From a bacterium (lineage in GTDB: Bacteria > Desulfobacterota > DSWW01): a stretch of 64,000 bases of DNA. Where the stretch lies: contig JBFLZG010000123.1 of NCBI GenBank assembly GCA_040756235.1, forward strand, positions 12,658 through 76,657, in the 5' to 3' direction. How positions within the stretch are numbered: the first letter of the stretch is position 1; every line of letters begins with the position of its first letter. The notes beneath the pieces are model-generated. The model did no database searches. It had not been told where the DNA came from and saw only the letters and a list, made by a program, of their open reading frames with translations. The translations under genes and the position numbers were made by a program. Positions 30,874-40,801 of this stretch are shown in pieces.

Positions 30874-32244
30874 GTGAAATACGATGCGATCATCATCGGC
30901 TCCGGACAGGCCGGGAATCCGCTCTCCCACGGGCTGGCCGACCGCGGCTGGACCGTGGCCCTGATCGAGCGGAAGGATCTGGGGGGCACCTGCGTCAACA
31001 CCGGGTGCACGCCTACAAAGGCCATGATCCACCGCGCGCAGGTGGCCCATTACGCGCGCCACGCCGGCCGATGGGGCGTCCGGGCAGTCGGCGTTCAGGT
31101 GGATCTGGCGCAGATCGTTTCCCAAAAAGAGGCGCTCGTCCGGAGGTTCCGCAGCGGCCAACAGCAACTCGTGGAGCGGCGCCCCAACCTGCATCTCTAC
31201 CGGGAGCCGGCGCGATTCGTCGGCCCGCAGCGCATCGAGGCAGGCCCTCACGTGCTCGAGAGCGAGAGGATCTTCGTCGACACGGGGACGCGACCGCGCA
31301 TCCCGGACATTCCGGGCCTGGATGCCGTACCCTGTTTGACCAACGAGAGCCTGATGCAGGAAACCGAGGTACCCCGCCACCTGCTCGTCCTCGGGGCCGG
31401 TTACGTCGGCCTTGAATTCGCGCAGATGTTTCTCCGCTTCGGCAGCCGTGTGACGGTGATCGAAGGCAGCAGCCAGATCCTGTCGAGAGAGGACCGGGAA
31501 GTCGCTGCGGAGCTGCAAAAGGCACTCGAAGCGGAAGGAATCGATTTCCGTCTGGGCGTCCGCGTCAGCCGTGCGGAAAGGACCGACGGCGGCATCGCGC
31601 TGACCCTGGAACGGAGCGGCGATTCCGGAACCGTCGCCGGCTCCCACCTTCTCGTGGCCGTGGGGCGTCGCCCCAATACCGATGATCTGCACCTGGAGAA
31701 GGCCGGGGTCGAGACCGACTCGCATGGCTTCATCAAGGTGAACGCTCGCTTGGAGACGACTGCGCCCGGGATATGGGCCCTGGGCGACGTGAAGGGAGGA
31801 CCTGCTTTCACCCATATCTCCTACAACGACTACCAGATCGTCTACGGCAACCTGGTGGAAGGCGCAAACCGCTCGATCGACGGCAGGATCGTCCCCTACT
31901 GTGTCTTCACCGATCCGCAATTGGGCGGCATCGGCATGACCGAGAAAGAGGCCCGGGCGAACGGGTACCGGCTGAAGATCGGGGAGGTTCCGATGAGCCG
32001 CGTGGCGCGGGCTCTGGAACGGGACGAGACTGCGGGACTCATGAAGATCATCGTGAATCAGGCGGACGACCGCATCCTGGGGGCCTCCATTCTCTCCTCC
32101 GAGGGAGGCGAGCTGGTCCAGATCCTCGGCTTCATCATGGCGGCCGGTCTTCCCTACTCTTTTCTCAAAGGAGCTGTGTACATCCACCCGACTCTGGCCG
32201 AGGGTTTGTTTGCTCTGATGGAGGACGTGAAGCCGGCCGATTGA
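30874..32244 (+). CDS. flavin disulfide oxidoreductase (MerA/RclA/Lpd-like, class I)
   Basis: GSGQAG, GGTCVNTGCTPTK redox-active disulfide, GAGYVG, C-terminal HPTLAE. Confidence 0.9.
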   Translation: MKYDAIIIGSGQAGNPLSHGLADRGWTVALIERKDLGGTCVNTGCTPTKAMIHRAQVAHYARHAGRWGVRAVGVQVDLAQIVSQKEALVRRFRSGQQQLVERRPNLHLYREPARFVGPQRIEAGPHVLESERIFVDTGTRPRIPDIPGLDAVPCLTNESLMQETEVPRHLLVLGAGYVGLEFAQMFLRFGSRVTVIEGSSQILSREDREVAAELQKALEAEGIDFRLGVRVSRAERTDGGIALTLERSGDSGTVAGSHLLVAVGRRPNTDDLHLEKAGVETDSHGFIKVNARLETTAPGIWALGDVKGGPAFTHISYNDYQIVYGNLVEGANRSIDGRIVPYCVFTDPQLGGIGMTEKEARANGYRLKIGEVPMSRVARALERDETAGLMKIIVNQADDRILGASILSSEGGELVQILGFIMAAGLPYSFLKGAVYIHPTLAEGLFALMEDVKPAD

Positions 32245-32306
32245 GGAGCCGGATTCCTGACAGGCTCCACGGGCAAGCTGTCGTCGCCCAAGCGAGGAGG
32301 AAGAAC

Positions 32307-33029
32307 ATGATCGTCTTGCGGAGCCCGGACGAGATCTACCAGGCACAGGGCCGGATCGAGAACGGAACCTTTCACGGGCGCTGGCACTTCTCGTTCGACA
32401 CGTATCAGGATCCCGCATTTGTTCAGTTCGGCACCCTGCGCGTCTTCAACGACGACACCCTCTCTCCGGGCGCGGTCTGGCCGCTTCACCCGCACCGCGA
32501 GATCGAGGTCGTGACGTATTGTGCCCGGGGAGAATTCCGCCACGCGGACGAGCACGGCGCGGGCGGCGTGCTGCAGCAAGGCTGGGTGCAGCACACGACC
32601 GTGGGCAAAGGGATGTTCCACTCCGAGATCAACAACCGTCCGGACCAGCCGATGCGATTCATTCAGATGTGGTTCCTTCCCGAGCAGCGCGGCCTCGCGC
32701 CCGCGGTCCAGCAGAAACGCGTCGAGCGCGAAGAACGCACGGACCGGCCGCTTCTGCTGGTTTCAAACAGCGGCGACGAGGCCTTGCCGATCCGCTCGGA
32801 AGCGCAGGTCTATGCCTGCTATCTCCGCGCGGGTCGCGGAACCCGCTTCTCGCCGCGCGACCGCTGGGGCGTCTACTTGTACCTGCTCGAGGGCGGCCCG
32901 GTCCACGTGAACGCACAGAGGGTGGACGCACTCGGCGCTGCCATGGTGACTGAAGAACGAGAGGTCGACATGAGCGCGCAGTCGGATGCCGAGCTCTTGC
33001 TGGTGCATGTTCGTCACCTGCCGGGATAG
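32307..33029 (+). CDS. pirin family protein (YhhW-like)
   Basis: HFSF..Y.DP....FG.LRVFNDD, HPHREIEVVTY, HAD, HSE, FIQMW. Confidence 0.9.
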   Translation: MIVLRSPDEIYQAQGRIENGTFHGRWHFSFDTYQDPAFVQFGTLRVFNDDTLSPGAVWPLHPHREIEVVTYCARGEFRHADEHGAGGVLQQGWVQHTTVGKGMFHSEINNRPDQPMRFIQMWFLPEQRGLAPAVQQKRVEREERTDRPLLLVSNSGDEALPIRSEAQVYACYLRAGRGTRFSPRDRWGVYLYLLEGGPVHVNAQRVDALGAAMVTEEREVDMSAQSDAELLLVHVRHLPG

Positions 33030-34459
33030 GGCATCGGGTCCACCCGCTGGCGCGCCTTCTCGCAGGCGGCTTCCCAGCGCTTGGGCGTCGCCTCTCTCCA
33101 GGCTTGCGCCCTGCCCGCCGAGGGGCCGCCTTCCGGTCCGATGCCGCTCGCGATACCGGCCGCGGCGCCCGTTGCCGTGGCAGCACCTTCCCGCAGAGTG
33201 CCGGCCGCTGTTTCTCCAAGCCCTGAGGCGGCGGCACCCAGATCGGCCGTGGCGATCCCCTGGGTGGTCTTGAGGAGCCCTGAGGCCGCAGTGCCCAACA
33301 TGCCTGCCAGGCCCTGGCCGAGGGTCCTCCCGGTCTTCACGGCAGTCCCGGCCAGCACGTTCGGATCGGAGACCCTGCCCGCCACGCTCGCAAGTCCGTT
33401 CTGCAGGAGCTTTGCCACCACGTTGGAAGAGTCGACGACCGGGCTGCTTGGAGTACCGCCTACGGGAAGGGCAAAGGACGTTCCCCCGTTCGTCTGCACA
33501 CGGACGAGCAGACGCAGCCGGTCGGGCGCAACGGACCCCTCCGCGGACAGGTCCAAGGCGTTGCCTCCGAGGAGCTGCGGCGCTCCCCTGGGCACGGCCG
33601 GGCCGAGGGCGCCGAGCTCCAGCCCCGCCAGCTGAAGGGAACCGTTCAGGGCCGGCACCTCGTTTCCGATCACCCCCATTCGGACGTACAGACCGACCAA
33701 CGCATCCTGCCACGGCTCCTGGCCCATGCGGGCCGTCAGAGTCGCCTTTGCCGGCAGACTGGCCTCCTTTGCCCGACCGGGCGCATAGGAGAGGCCGGTC
33801 GCGAGCACGTCCACGTCCTTCAGCACCTTCTCGAGCTTCAGCACAGGGTCCACATACGAGAGCGTCAGCTCCTCGATCGAGAGCCTCTTCACCTCGAGCT
33901 GCAATCCGGCCGACTCTGCCGCAACCGGCCCCGGCACCGCTCCGGGACGGGCTTGCCGGGACGGCCGCGCCCCCGGAGAACCGGATGCGGCCCGGCCGGG
34001 ACCGCCGGCCGGCGGCTCCTGCCGGCCGGGGCCGTTCCCCTGGTCCGCGCCCGTCGCGGCTCGCTCCAGGAGAGCCTCCAGATTCACCTTGCCGGCAGCG
34101 TTCCTCACGATCCGGATCCGAGCCTGCCGGATCGAGATCTCACGGACGATCTTGACGGGCCTTCGTAACGAGAGGAGATCCAGCCTGGCGCGCATCTCCG
34201 GAATCACGAGTGCCTCACCCCCGCCGAACCCGTCGGGATTCGCCACGCGTGCCTCGGTGACCACGATCGACCCCCGGAGCAATCCGACCCTGATCCGCCC
34301 CGCACCCGCGTCGGTTCCCGTGATCTCCGGAAGGCTCTCGTTCACGAGACGGGTGAGGACTCTGGAGAGCGCAAGATGGACGGCGAGGCCCGCGCAGAGC
34401 AGCAGAATCAACAGGATGATCGGGAGACGCGCAAGGCCCTTTCTGCCAGCCACCGTCAT
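33014..34459 (-). CDS. AsmA/DUF748-like membrane-anchored protein
   Basis: N-terminal TM, V.NP.GF, GKVNL, beta-rich body, Gly/Ala-rich C-terminus. Confidence 0.65.
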   Translation of the reverse strand: MTVAGRKGLARLPIILLILLLCAGLAVHLALSRVLTRLVNESLPEITGTDAGAGRIRVGLLRGSIVVTEARVANPDGFGGGEALVIPEMRARLDLLSLRRPVKIVREISIRQARIRIVRNAAGKVNLEALLERAATGADQGNGPGRQEPPAGGPGRAASGSPGARPSRQARPGAVPGPVAAESAGLQLEVKRLSIEELTLSYVDPVLKLEKVLKDVDVLATGLSYAPGRAKEASLPAKATLTARMGQEPWQDALVGLYVRMGVIGNEVPALNGSLQLAGLELGALGPAVPRGAPQLLGGNALDLSAEGSVAPDRLRLLVRVQTNGGTSFALPVGGTPSSPVVDSSNVVAKLLQNGLASVAGRVSDPNVLAGTAVKTGRTLGQGLAGMLGTAASGLLKTTQGIATADLGAAASGLGETAAGTLREGAATATGAAAGIASGIGPEGGPSAGRAQAWREATPKRWEAACEKARQRVDPMPYPGR

Positions 34460-34699
34460 GGGACCTCCCTGGCAAAGCAGGCGGGCGGCAGTTTCGCACG
34501 CGCCTCTTCCCGGTTACGAAAACGTCGATCGCCCGTATTCGCGCCCGCCCCGTTCTTTCCCGCAAGCAACCTACAGGCCAGGCGGGGCCGGGTCAAGGAT
34601 CTCAGCCCGACAAGGAAAGGGTCTTCAGGAGGTGTGCTGGAGCTTTACAGCGATCGATGGCAGCATAGTACGTGACCGCCCGTGAGCAGTCGGTAGTCG

Positions 34700-34806
34700 G
34701 TAGGGTGGACAAAGCCGAAGGCGTGTCCACCGACCACGGTTGCAGATCGTGGGTCTGGCGATCCCCTGGCAATCGGAGGTTGCCACGGAGCTTCGCTCCT
34801 CGCAAT
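34700..34806. repeat. REP-like palindromes (GTAGGGTGG type plus TTGCGAG type)
   Basis: GTAGGGTGGACAAAGCCGAAGGCGTGTCCACC; GGTTGCCACGGAGCTTCGCTCCTCGCAAT. Confidence 0.55.
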
Positions 34807-34885
34807 CTCCGAGCTTGCTGTCATTCGCCACGCCGCTACTGTGCGAAGGACCCCGCGGAATACGTCACGAACCATGGAGGTGACC

Positions 34886-35494
34886 ATGGCACAGCCACTC
34901 GTGCTGGAAGTCTTCTCCGACTATGTCTGACCCTGGTGCTACTTCAGTACCGGGCGTATTGAAAAGCTGAGACAGGAAGAGGCCGTCACCGTGAAGTGGG
35001 TCGCCTTTCCGCTGCACCCCGAGACGCCCGAGGAGGGCCAGTCGCTGGAGGAGCTGTTCCGGGGCCGACCCGTGGACATCCCCTCCATGATGGCCCGACT
35101 GAAGCAGGCTGCGGCCGACGCGGGCCTTCCCATCCGCGAACGCGGGCGCGTGTACAACAGCAGAAAGGCGACGGAGCTGTCGAAATGGGCCGAAGAACGA
35201 GGGGTGGGCGAGGCCTATCACGACGCCGTCTTTCGAGCTTATTTCGCGGAAGGTCTGAACATCGCCGACGTACAGGTCCTCACGGCGATCTGCTCCGGTC
35301 TCGGTCTGCACCCGGCCGAGGCGGAGCGGGTGCTGCTCCAGGGTTCCTGCGCGCCGGCCGTCGACCGCGACTGGGACTACGCGCGCAGGCTCGGCGTCAC
35401 GGCCGTCCCCACGTTCCTGGCCGCGGGCCGTGCCGTCGTGGGCGCTCAGCCGTACGAGATCCTGCAAAAGCTGGTTCGACTTGCCGGAGCGTGA
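34886..35494 (+). CDS. DsbA/FrnE-like thioredoxin-fold selenoprotein (UxxC)
   Basis: GGAGG RBS and ATG 34886; MAQPLVLEVFSDYV-TGA(34928-34930)-PWCY continues in frame into ORF 34991..35494 (F.LHP, AYF..G.NI, GVTAVPTF, VVGAQP). Confidence 0.88.
34943..34963 (+). promoter_or_regulatory. bacterial SECIS-like hairpin
   Basis: UUCAGUAC-CGGGC-GUAUUGAA 8-bp stem (one G-U) with G-rich loop, starting 12 nt after the UGA. Confidence 0.7.
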
Positions 35495-35616
35495 TCGGAG
35501 CGCGGCCTCACCCGGCTGCAGCCGCATAGCGTCGGCGGCCGAGATGCGGCAGGGTGGCCGACGAGGCCGCATGAGAAGAGCCGTCCTGCGTTTCTCAGCC
35601 CGGAACGATTTCTTCC

Positions 35617-35678
35617 TTGACCCATGCGCGCCGATCGTGGTAAATAACTGACGTCCGTTTGGCAAACAGACGTTCGTT
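35617..35678 (+). promoter_or_regulatory. putative sigma70 promoter with tandem palindromic operators
   Basis: TTGACC (35617) and TGG-TAAATA (-10 at 35641); AACTGACGTCCGTT (35646-35659) and AACAGACGTTCGTT (35665-35678). Confidence 0.55.
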
Positions 35679-35711
35679 CATAGATGCGGGCACCGCGCAC
35701 GGGAGGGAACG

Positions 35712-37373
35712 ATGCTGGAGAAGAGGCTGGCGGAAAACCGATGGTACGCGTCCACGGTGCAGCAGCTCTTCCGCGAGACCTGCCGGGATCGTCCGGACAA
35801 GACGGCCATCGTGTTCGAAGACCGGCGGATTTCCTTTGCGGAGCTTCAGTGGAACGTCGACCGGTGTTCCTGGGCCCTCCTGAACCTGGGGGTCCGGGCG
35901 GGCGATCACGTGGCCGTGATTCCCACGCCCAGCCCGGAATTCAGCTGTCTGTATTTCGGGGCGTTGCAGATCGGCGCCGTAGTGAATCCCTTGAACCTCC
36001 TGTGGGGTACGATCGAGTACGCCGGGATCCTCGAGCGCAACGATCCCAGGATCATCGTGACGATCGATCGCCACGCAGGCAGAGACTACGTCCGACTGCT
36101 GCGCGATTCGATCCCGGACTTGGAGGCCCGCGGCCAGGGCGCTTCCTCGGCGAGGATCCCCACCCTGACCCATCTGGTCACCTTGAGCCGACAAGGGCAC
36201 CGCTACGCGGGGTGCGTGGACTATGACGACCTCCTCGGCAGCGGCAAGGGATTCCGCGCCGCCGAGATCGCCGAGCATGCGGGAAGGGCCACGGGTACGG
36301 ATCTTCACTCGATCATGCAGACCTCCGGGTCCACCGGCCTGTCCAAGAGCGTCCTCCTGCAGCATCGCTCCGTGCTGGCCGCGGTTCACTTCGCCGCCAA
36401 GGCGGTGAACTTCAGGGAGGAAGACACCTACATCAACCTGGGCCCCTTCTACCACAACACCGGAATCTTCGCCTTGAACCTGAATCTGGCTCTGGCCGGC
36501 ACGACGCTGTACCTGCTCGAGACGTTCGATCCGATCAGGGCGGTCGAATGGATCGATCGGGAGCAGATCACCACCACCTTCGGGTTCGACGCCCACTGGC
36601 AGGCCATGAGGCGCGTGCTCGACTCCGGCCGTCACCGCTTTGCCATCAACAAGGCCATCTGCGCGGTGCAGCCGCAGACGTTCGAGATGATCCATAACGA
36701 GATGTGCAAGGGCAAGGATGCCGCGGTCGCCCAGATCTACGCGCAAACGGAGAACGGGCCCGGCGTCTCCATGGTCGAGCCGGATTGCCTCGTCTACGAG
36801 CTCAGGAAGTACAGCAACGGCAGGCCCATGGCCGGCGTCGAAGTCGTCATCAAGGACATCGAAGGCGGCGCGAAGCTCCCGCCCCACAAGCCGGGTGAAA
36901 TCTGCTATCGCGGCCCCTGCCTGTTCAAGGGCTACTACAAACAGGAGGAGGAGACGAAGCGCTCCTTCGACGCCGAAGGCTACTTTCACAGCGGCGATTA
37001 CGGAACGTTCGAAAACGGCTACGTCCATTTCCTCGGACGCCTGGGAGGCGTGGTGAAATCGGGCGGGGAGAACGTGTCGACCACGTACGTCTCTGCCCTG
37101 CTCCTGAAGCTCTTACCCGACGAATTCGAGGACGTCCAGACGGTGGGGGTGCCCGATCCCTATTGGGGAACCCGCATCGTTTCCTTCGTGCGCATGAAGG
37201 CAGGCAAGCCGCTCCGGCCGCTCGAGCAGATCAAGGCCGCATGCAAGGGGAGAATGGCGCAGTACGAGATCCCGAAAGAGGTTTTCGAGTGGCACGGTCC
37301 GTGGCCGGTGACCTCCATCGGGAAGCTGGACCTGGGGGCGCTGCAGGCCGCCGCCCGGACGCCGGCTTCCTGA
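35712..37373 (+). CDS. class I adenylate-forming enzyme (acyl-CoA synthetase)
   Basis: TSGSTGLSK, YAQTE, HSGD, GR....VKSGGENV, TSIGK. Confidence 0.9.
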   Translation: MLEKRLAENRWYASTVQQLFRETCRDRPDKTAIVFEDRRISFAELQWNVDRCSWALLNLGVRAGDHVAVIPTPSPEFSCLYFGALQIGAVVNPLNLLWGTIEYAGILERNDPRIIVTIDRHAGRDYVRLLRDSIPDLEARGQGASSARIPTLTHLVTLSRQGHRYAGCVDYDDLLGSGKGFRAAEIAEHAGRATGTDLHSIMQTSGSTGLSKSVLLQHRSVLAAVHFAAKAVNFREEDTYINLGPFYHNTGIFALNLNLALAGTTLYLLETFDPIRAVEWIDREQITTTFGFDAHWQAMRRVLDSGRHRFAINKAICAVQPQTFEMIHNEMCKGKDAAVAQIYAQTENGPGVSMVEPDCLVYELRKYSNGRPMAGVEVVIKDIEGGAKLPPHKPGEICYRGPCLFKGYYKQEEETKRSFDAEGYFHSGDYGTFENGYVHFLGRLGGVVKSGGENVSTTYVSALLLKLLPDEFEDVQTVGVPDPYWGTRIVSFVRMKAGKPLRPLEQIKAACKGRMAQYEIPKEVFEWHGPWPVTSIGKLDLGALQAAARTPAS

Positions 37374-37479
37374 CCGGGAATCCCGCAGACGGGACGCCCG
37401 CTTGAGGGAGCACCCGTCCTCGGACCCGTCGTACAGGCTTTCTTCGGCAACGATTTACCCGCAAGAGGAGGGGCAACAG

Positions 37480-38277
37480 ATGGCAAGCTACCGGATCCAC
37501 GTTCTCAAGGTGGGAGAATTGACCGTGCCCTTGACCATGCTCAGCCTGGCAGGCGATCTCAATTCGATGGTGACCGGCCCGGTCTTCATCTGGTACATCG
37601 AGGGGGGAGACAAGAAGATCCTGATGGATGCCGGCGTGGCCAGGCCGGACGCCAAGGGGCTGGTGCACGGGTTCCCGGTTTCGGGCGGAGGAGAAGAAGG
37701 GGTGTGCTCGGCTCTGGCCTCGGTCGGGTCCGCGCCGGAGGAGATCGACATTCTCGTGCTGAGCCATCTTCACATCGACCACTGTTCCGAGGTCAGGCTG
37801 TTCAAGAACGCGCGCATCCTGGTGCAGAAACGCGAATGGCAGACCGCGTTCAATCCGATCCCGACGATGCGCGCGATCTACGACAGCTCCTATTTCCTGC
37901 CCCTCGAGCGCATGGACCTGGCCCTGATCGACGGAGATTGCGACGTTGCAGACGGCGTGCGGGCGCTGCTCGCACCCGGGCACACGCAGGGGAACCAGGG
38001 GCTGGCGATCTCCACGGCCAAGGGGACGGTCGTCCTGGCCGGAGACGCCTGCTACTCGAACCTCAACCTGGACTCCACGTTGACCGAGTTCGAGGACATG
38101 AAGGGGAAGCGGTTTCAATTTCCGGCCCGTCCCGACCTGCCCTTCCGCCCGCAGCCGGCCCATGTCGATCTGACGGAATGGTTCGACAGCATGTGGAAGC
38201 TGGTCGCCGCAGCCTCGAGCCGGGCCCTGGTGTTTCCCGGGCACGAGGTCAGCCTGGTCGGGAAGGTGATCGGCTAG
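37480..38277 (+). CDS. N-acyl-homoserine lactonase-like metallo-beta-lactamase fold hydrolase
   Basis: LMDAG, SHLHIDH, PGHTQG, LAGDA, PGHE. Confidence 0.85.
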   Translation: MASYRIHVLKVGELTVPLTMLSLAGDLNSMVTGPVFIWYIEGGDKKILMDAGVARPDAKGLVHGFPVSGGGEEGVCSALASVGSAPEEIDILVLSHLHIDHCSEVRLFKNARILVQKREWQTAFNPIPTMRAIYDSSYFLPLERMDLALIDGDCDVADGVRALLAPGHTQGNQGLAISTAKGTVVLAGDACYSNLNLDSTLTEFEDMKGKRFQFPARPDLPFRPQPAHVDLTEWFDSMWKLVAAASSRALVFPGHEVSLVGKVIG

Positions 38278-38433
38278 CCTGCCGGCCGGCCCCGGGTGCA
38301 GCGCCGGCTCGCTTCCGCCCCGCGGCACCGCGGCGCAGGCGCCCGGAGAACGCCGCGCATCGCACCGCAACCGGGAGCGGAGGCCGGCCGAACGCTTCGG
38401 CCACCTCGAACATGTAGAACAAGGGAACCAGGC

Positions 38434-39135
38434 ATGAAAGCCGTCGACACCAAGATCAAGAACCTCGACCTCGTGGCGGAAAAGCGCGAGCACATCGTGA
38501 ACGCGGCGCTCGGGCTGTTTCTCAAGAAAGGTTTTTCCGCGACCACCATGCGCGAAATCAGTCATGCAACCGGAATCAACCTGGCCAGCCTGTACGACTA
38601 CGTGGGCAGCAAGCAGGGCATCCTCACGCTCATGTACGGGCAGATGATGACTCAGTGGCGTGAGCGCGTCCGCGGCAAGATCGCATCCGCACCGGGTCCT
38701 GCAGGCGGCGCCGAGCAGACGCGCATGAGACGGGAGGCTCTTCGGACCTATCTCTCCTACGCCGTCTCCGAGACATGGGAAAGATATGCGCCGCTGGTTC
38801 GCGTCCTCTATCGCGAGTCGTTCCTGCTGGAAAGGGACGTCCTGACCGCGGTCATGGGGTCCGAATCCGAATTCGTCGATGATGTGGCCGCCAGAATGAA
38901 GGAGGTGGGCGGGGTCGGCGAGGCGGACGCGGAACGGGTCGATATCCTCGCCAACCTGTTCGTTTACATGCTGGGCCTGATGTCCAACCGCTACTGGATC
39001 ATGAAGAAGTTCGACCGCCAATTGGTGATCGACGTGACGGTCGAGCTGTTCCTGTCTGCGCTCGAATCGTTCCGATCCAAGCCTGTGAGGAACGGCCCTC
39101 GACCTGTCCAGAAGGCGCGCAGGTCGAAAGCCTGA
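38434..39135 (+). CDS. TetR/AcrR family transcriptional regulator
   Basis: HTH: AALGLFLKKGFSATTMREISHATGINLASLYDYVGSK. Confidence 0.92.
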   Translation: MKAVDTKIKNLDLVAEKREHIVNAALGLFLKKGFSATTMREISHATGINLASLYDYVGSKQGILTLMYGQMMTQWRERVRGKIASAPGPAGGAEQTRMRREALRTYLSYAVSETWERYAPLVRVLYRESFLLERDVLTAVMGSESEFVDDVAARMKEVGGVGEADAERVDILANLFVYMLGLMSNRYWIMKKFDRQLVIDVTVELFLSALESFRSKPVRNGPRPVQKARRSKA

Positions 39136-39219
39136 CCACCCCCGGGCCCGAACGCGGGCCGAGGATGATCCCATACCGAGGAGGGATGAGGAAGGAGAAG
39201 GTTTCGCGAAGGGGGGTGG

Positions 39220-39237
39220 CTAACAGACGTTTGCTAG
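39220..39237. promoter_or_regulatory. candidate TetR operator upstream of thiolase operon
   Basis: CTAACAGACGTTTGCTAG near-palindrome, same core as the 35646/35665 sites. Confidence 0.5.
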
Positions 39238-39436
39238 CTGCAGCGGGGCTCCTGCCGCAGCAGACGCTGTCGCTGGTGCCAGAGAAGACCTAAACGACTA
39301 CAGCGTCGCGGGCTTCCGGGAGCTCTGCAAGCAGGGCCATCACGGCAGCCCAGGCAATGTCGGCGTAAGCACGCTCGGCTGTTCTTTGAGGACCGGCCGC
39401 TCGGCAGGGAAGCGGCGACGCGCAAGTACCATCGGA

Positions 39437-39505
39437 CATTGCGAGGACCGAAGGTCCGTGGCAACCTCCCGGTTACATGGAGGTCGCCACGCTTGCGCTT
39501 GCGAT
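39437..39505. repeat. TTGCGAG-type REP-like palindrome
   Basis: CATTGCGAGGACCGAAGGTCCGTGGCAACCTCC...GGAGGTCGCCACGC. Confidence 0.55.
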
Positions 39506-39596
39506 CTTCGGCGTTCTTTGAGCCGCGGGTGCCACGCCTCCTCAGCGCGGCCGGCTGCCCTCGCGGAATACGGGTCGTTCACCGGAGGGGGCCATC

Positions 39597-40781
39597 ATGA
39601 CTCATCTGAAGGGAAAGGTTGCGATCGTCGGAATCGGAGAAGTGCCCACGGGAAGGTTTCCGGAAACGCCGGCCATCGGTCACGCCATCGAATCGGCCAG
39701 GCAGGCCATCCGCGATTCAGGGCTGAGCAGGGACGAGATCGATTTCGTCATGCCGGCCGGGGCCGCTTTCAGCTTCAGTTACATCGGCGAGCTGACCACG
39801 GCCCGCCTGGTGGAGGAGCTCGGGCTCAAGAACTGCAAGAAGAACTGCCTGGTCTTTTCCGGAGGGTCGAGCAGCAGCGCGGGGCTGCAGATGGCCTGCA
39901 GCATGATCGCCAGCGGCTGCGCCCGGTCGGTTCTGTTCTCTCATTCCGAGCAGCTGGGCAGCGCCATCACCAGCCAGGAGGGGATCGATCTGTTTGCCAC
40001 TTCCGGGATCTCTCCGGAGTGGGAGGTTCCGTTCGGACAGCACTACTCCTCGGTCGCCGCCCTGGCGACCACGCGCTACCAGTACGAGACCGGCTGCACC
40101 GACGAACATCTCGCCGCCGTCTGCGTCTCGAACCGCAAGTGGGCCGAACGGAACCCCCATGCGTTCTTCCGCAAGCCGCTCACCATCGAGGAGGTCCTCT
40201 CGTCCAAGATGCTGTCGACGCCGCTCCGCTCGAAGATGTCCAACATGCTCTTTGACGGGGGGTCCGCCTTTGTCCTCACCTCCGCCGAACGGGCCCGGGA
40301 CCTTCCGAACCAACCGGTGTACATCCTGGGTGAAGGCGGGATCGTGACCCATCACGTGTACTGCCAGGAACCGGATCTGACCCGCTTCGGTTGGGCTCGG
40401 GCAGCCGAGCAGGCTTTTGCGCAGGCCGGCATCACTGCAGGCGACATCGACCTGGCGGAGATCTACGACTCTTACCCCGTCTACCAGCTCATCGCCTTCG
40501 AAGAGATCGGGCTGTGCGCCAGGGGGGAAGCAGGGGAGATCTTTCTGAGGGGCGAGACCTGGCCGGGCGGAAGGATTCCGTGCACGACCGACGGCGGCAT
40601 GCTGTCCAAGGGGCATATCGGCGCCGGAGGGGGGGTGTCGCTGCTGGTCGAGGCAGCCAGGCAGCTCATGGGCAAGGCCGGTGAACGGCAGGTCGCGAAC
40701 GCCCGCTTCGCCGTGGATACCGCCACGGGGGGAACCTACATGGACGCACAGGTCACGATCCTGGGCACCGAGATTCCATAA
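39597..40781 (+). CDS. thiolase-like protein (SCP2/Ltp type)
   Basis: VAIVGIG, A..NPHA, DGGSAFV, EIYDSY, GGMLSKGH, EAARQL.G.AG.RQV. Confidence 0.88.
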   Translation: MTHLKGKVAIVGIGEVPTGRFPETPAIGHAIESARQAIRDSGLSRDEIDFVMPAGAAFSFSYIGELTTARLVEELGLKNCKKNCLVFSGGSSSSAGLQMACSMIASGCARSVLFSHSEQLGSAITSQEGIDLFATSGISPEWEVPFGQHYSSVAALATTRYQYETGCTDEHLAAVCVSNRKWAERNPHAFFRKPLTIEEVLSSKMLSTPLRSKMSNMLFDGGSAFVLTSAERARDLPNQPVYILGEGGIVTHHVYCQEPDLTRFGWARAAEQAFAQAGITAGDIDLAEIYDSYPVYQLIAFEEIGLCARGEAGEIFLRGETWPGGRIPCTTDGGMLSKGHIGAGGGVSLLVEAARQLMGKAGERQVANARFAVDTATGGTYMDAQVTILGTEIP

Positions 40782-40801
40782 GGAGCAGATGGAGGCGCAG
40801 C

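Noticed and set aside
30874..32244. Mercuric reductase merA or definite lpdA
   Set aside because: No C-terminal Cys-Cys pair, no NmerA domain and no mer genes; lipB is adjacent but no E1/E2 genes, so no symbol was assigned.
34991..35494. 167-aa ORF starting at GTG 34991, or a nonsense pseudogene
   Set aside because: The upstream RBS/ATG, UxxC alignment and SECIS-like hairpin favour Sec readthrough from 34886.
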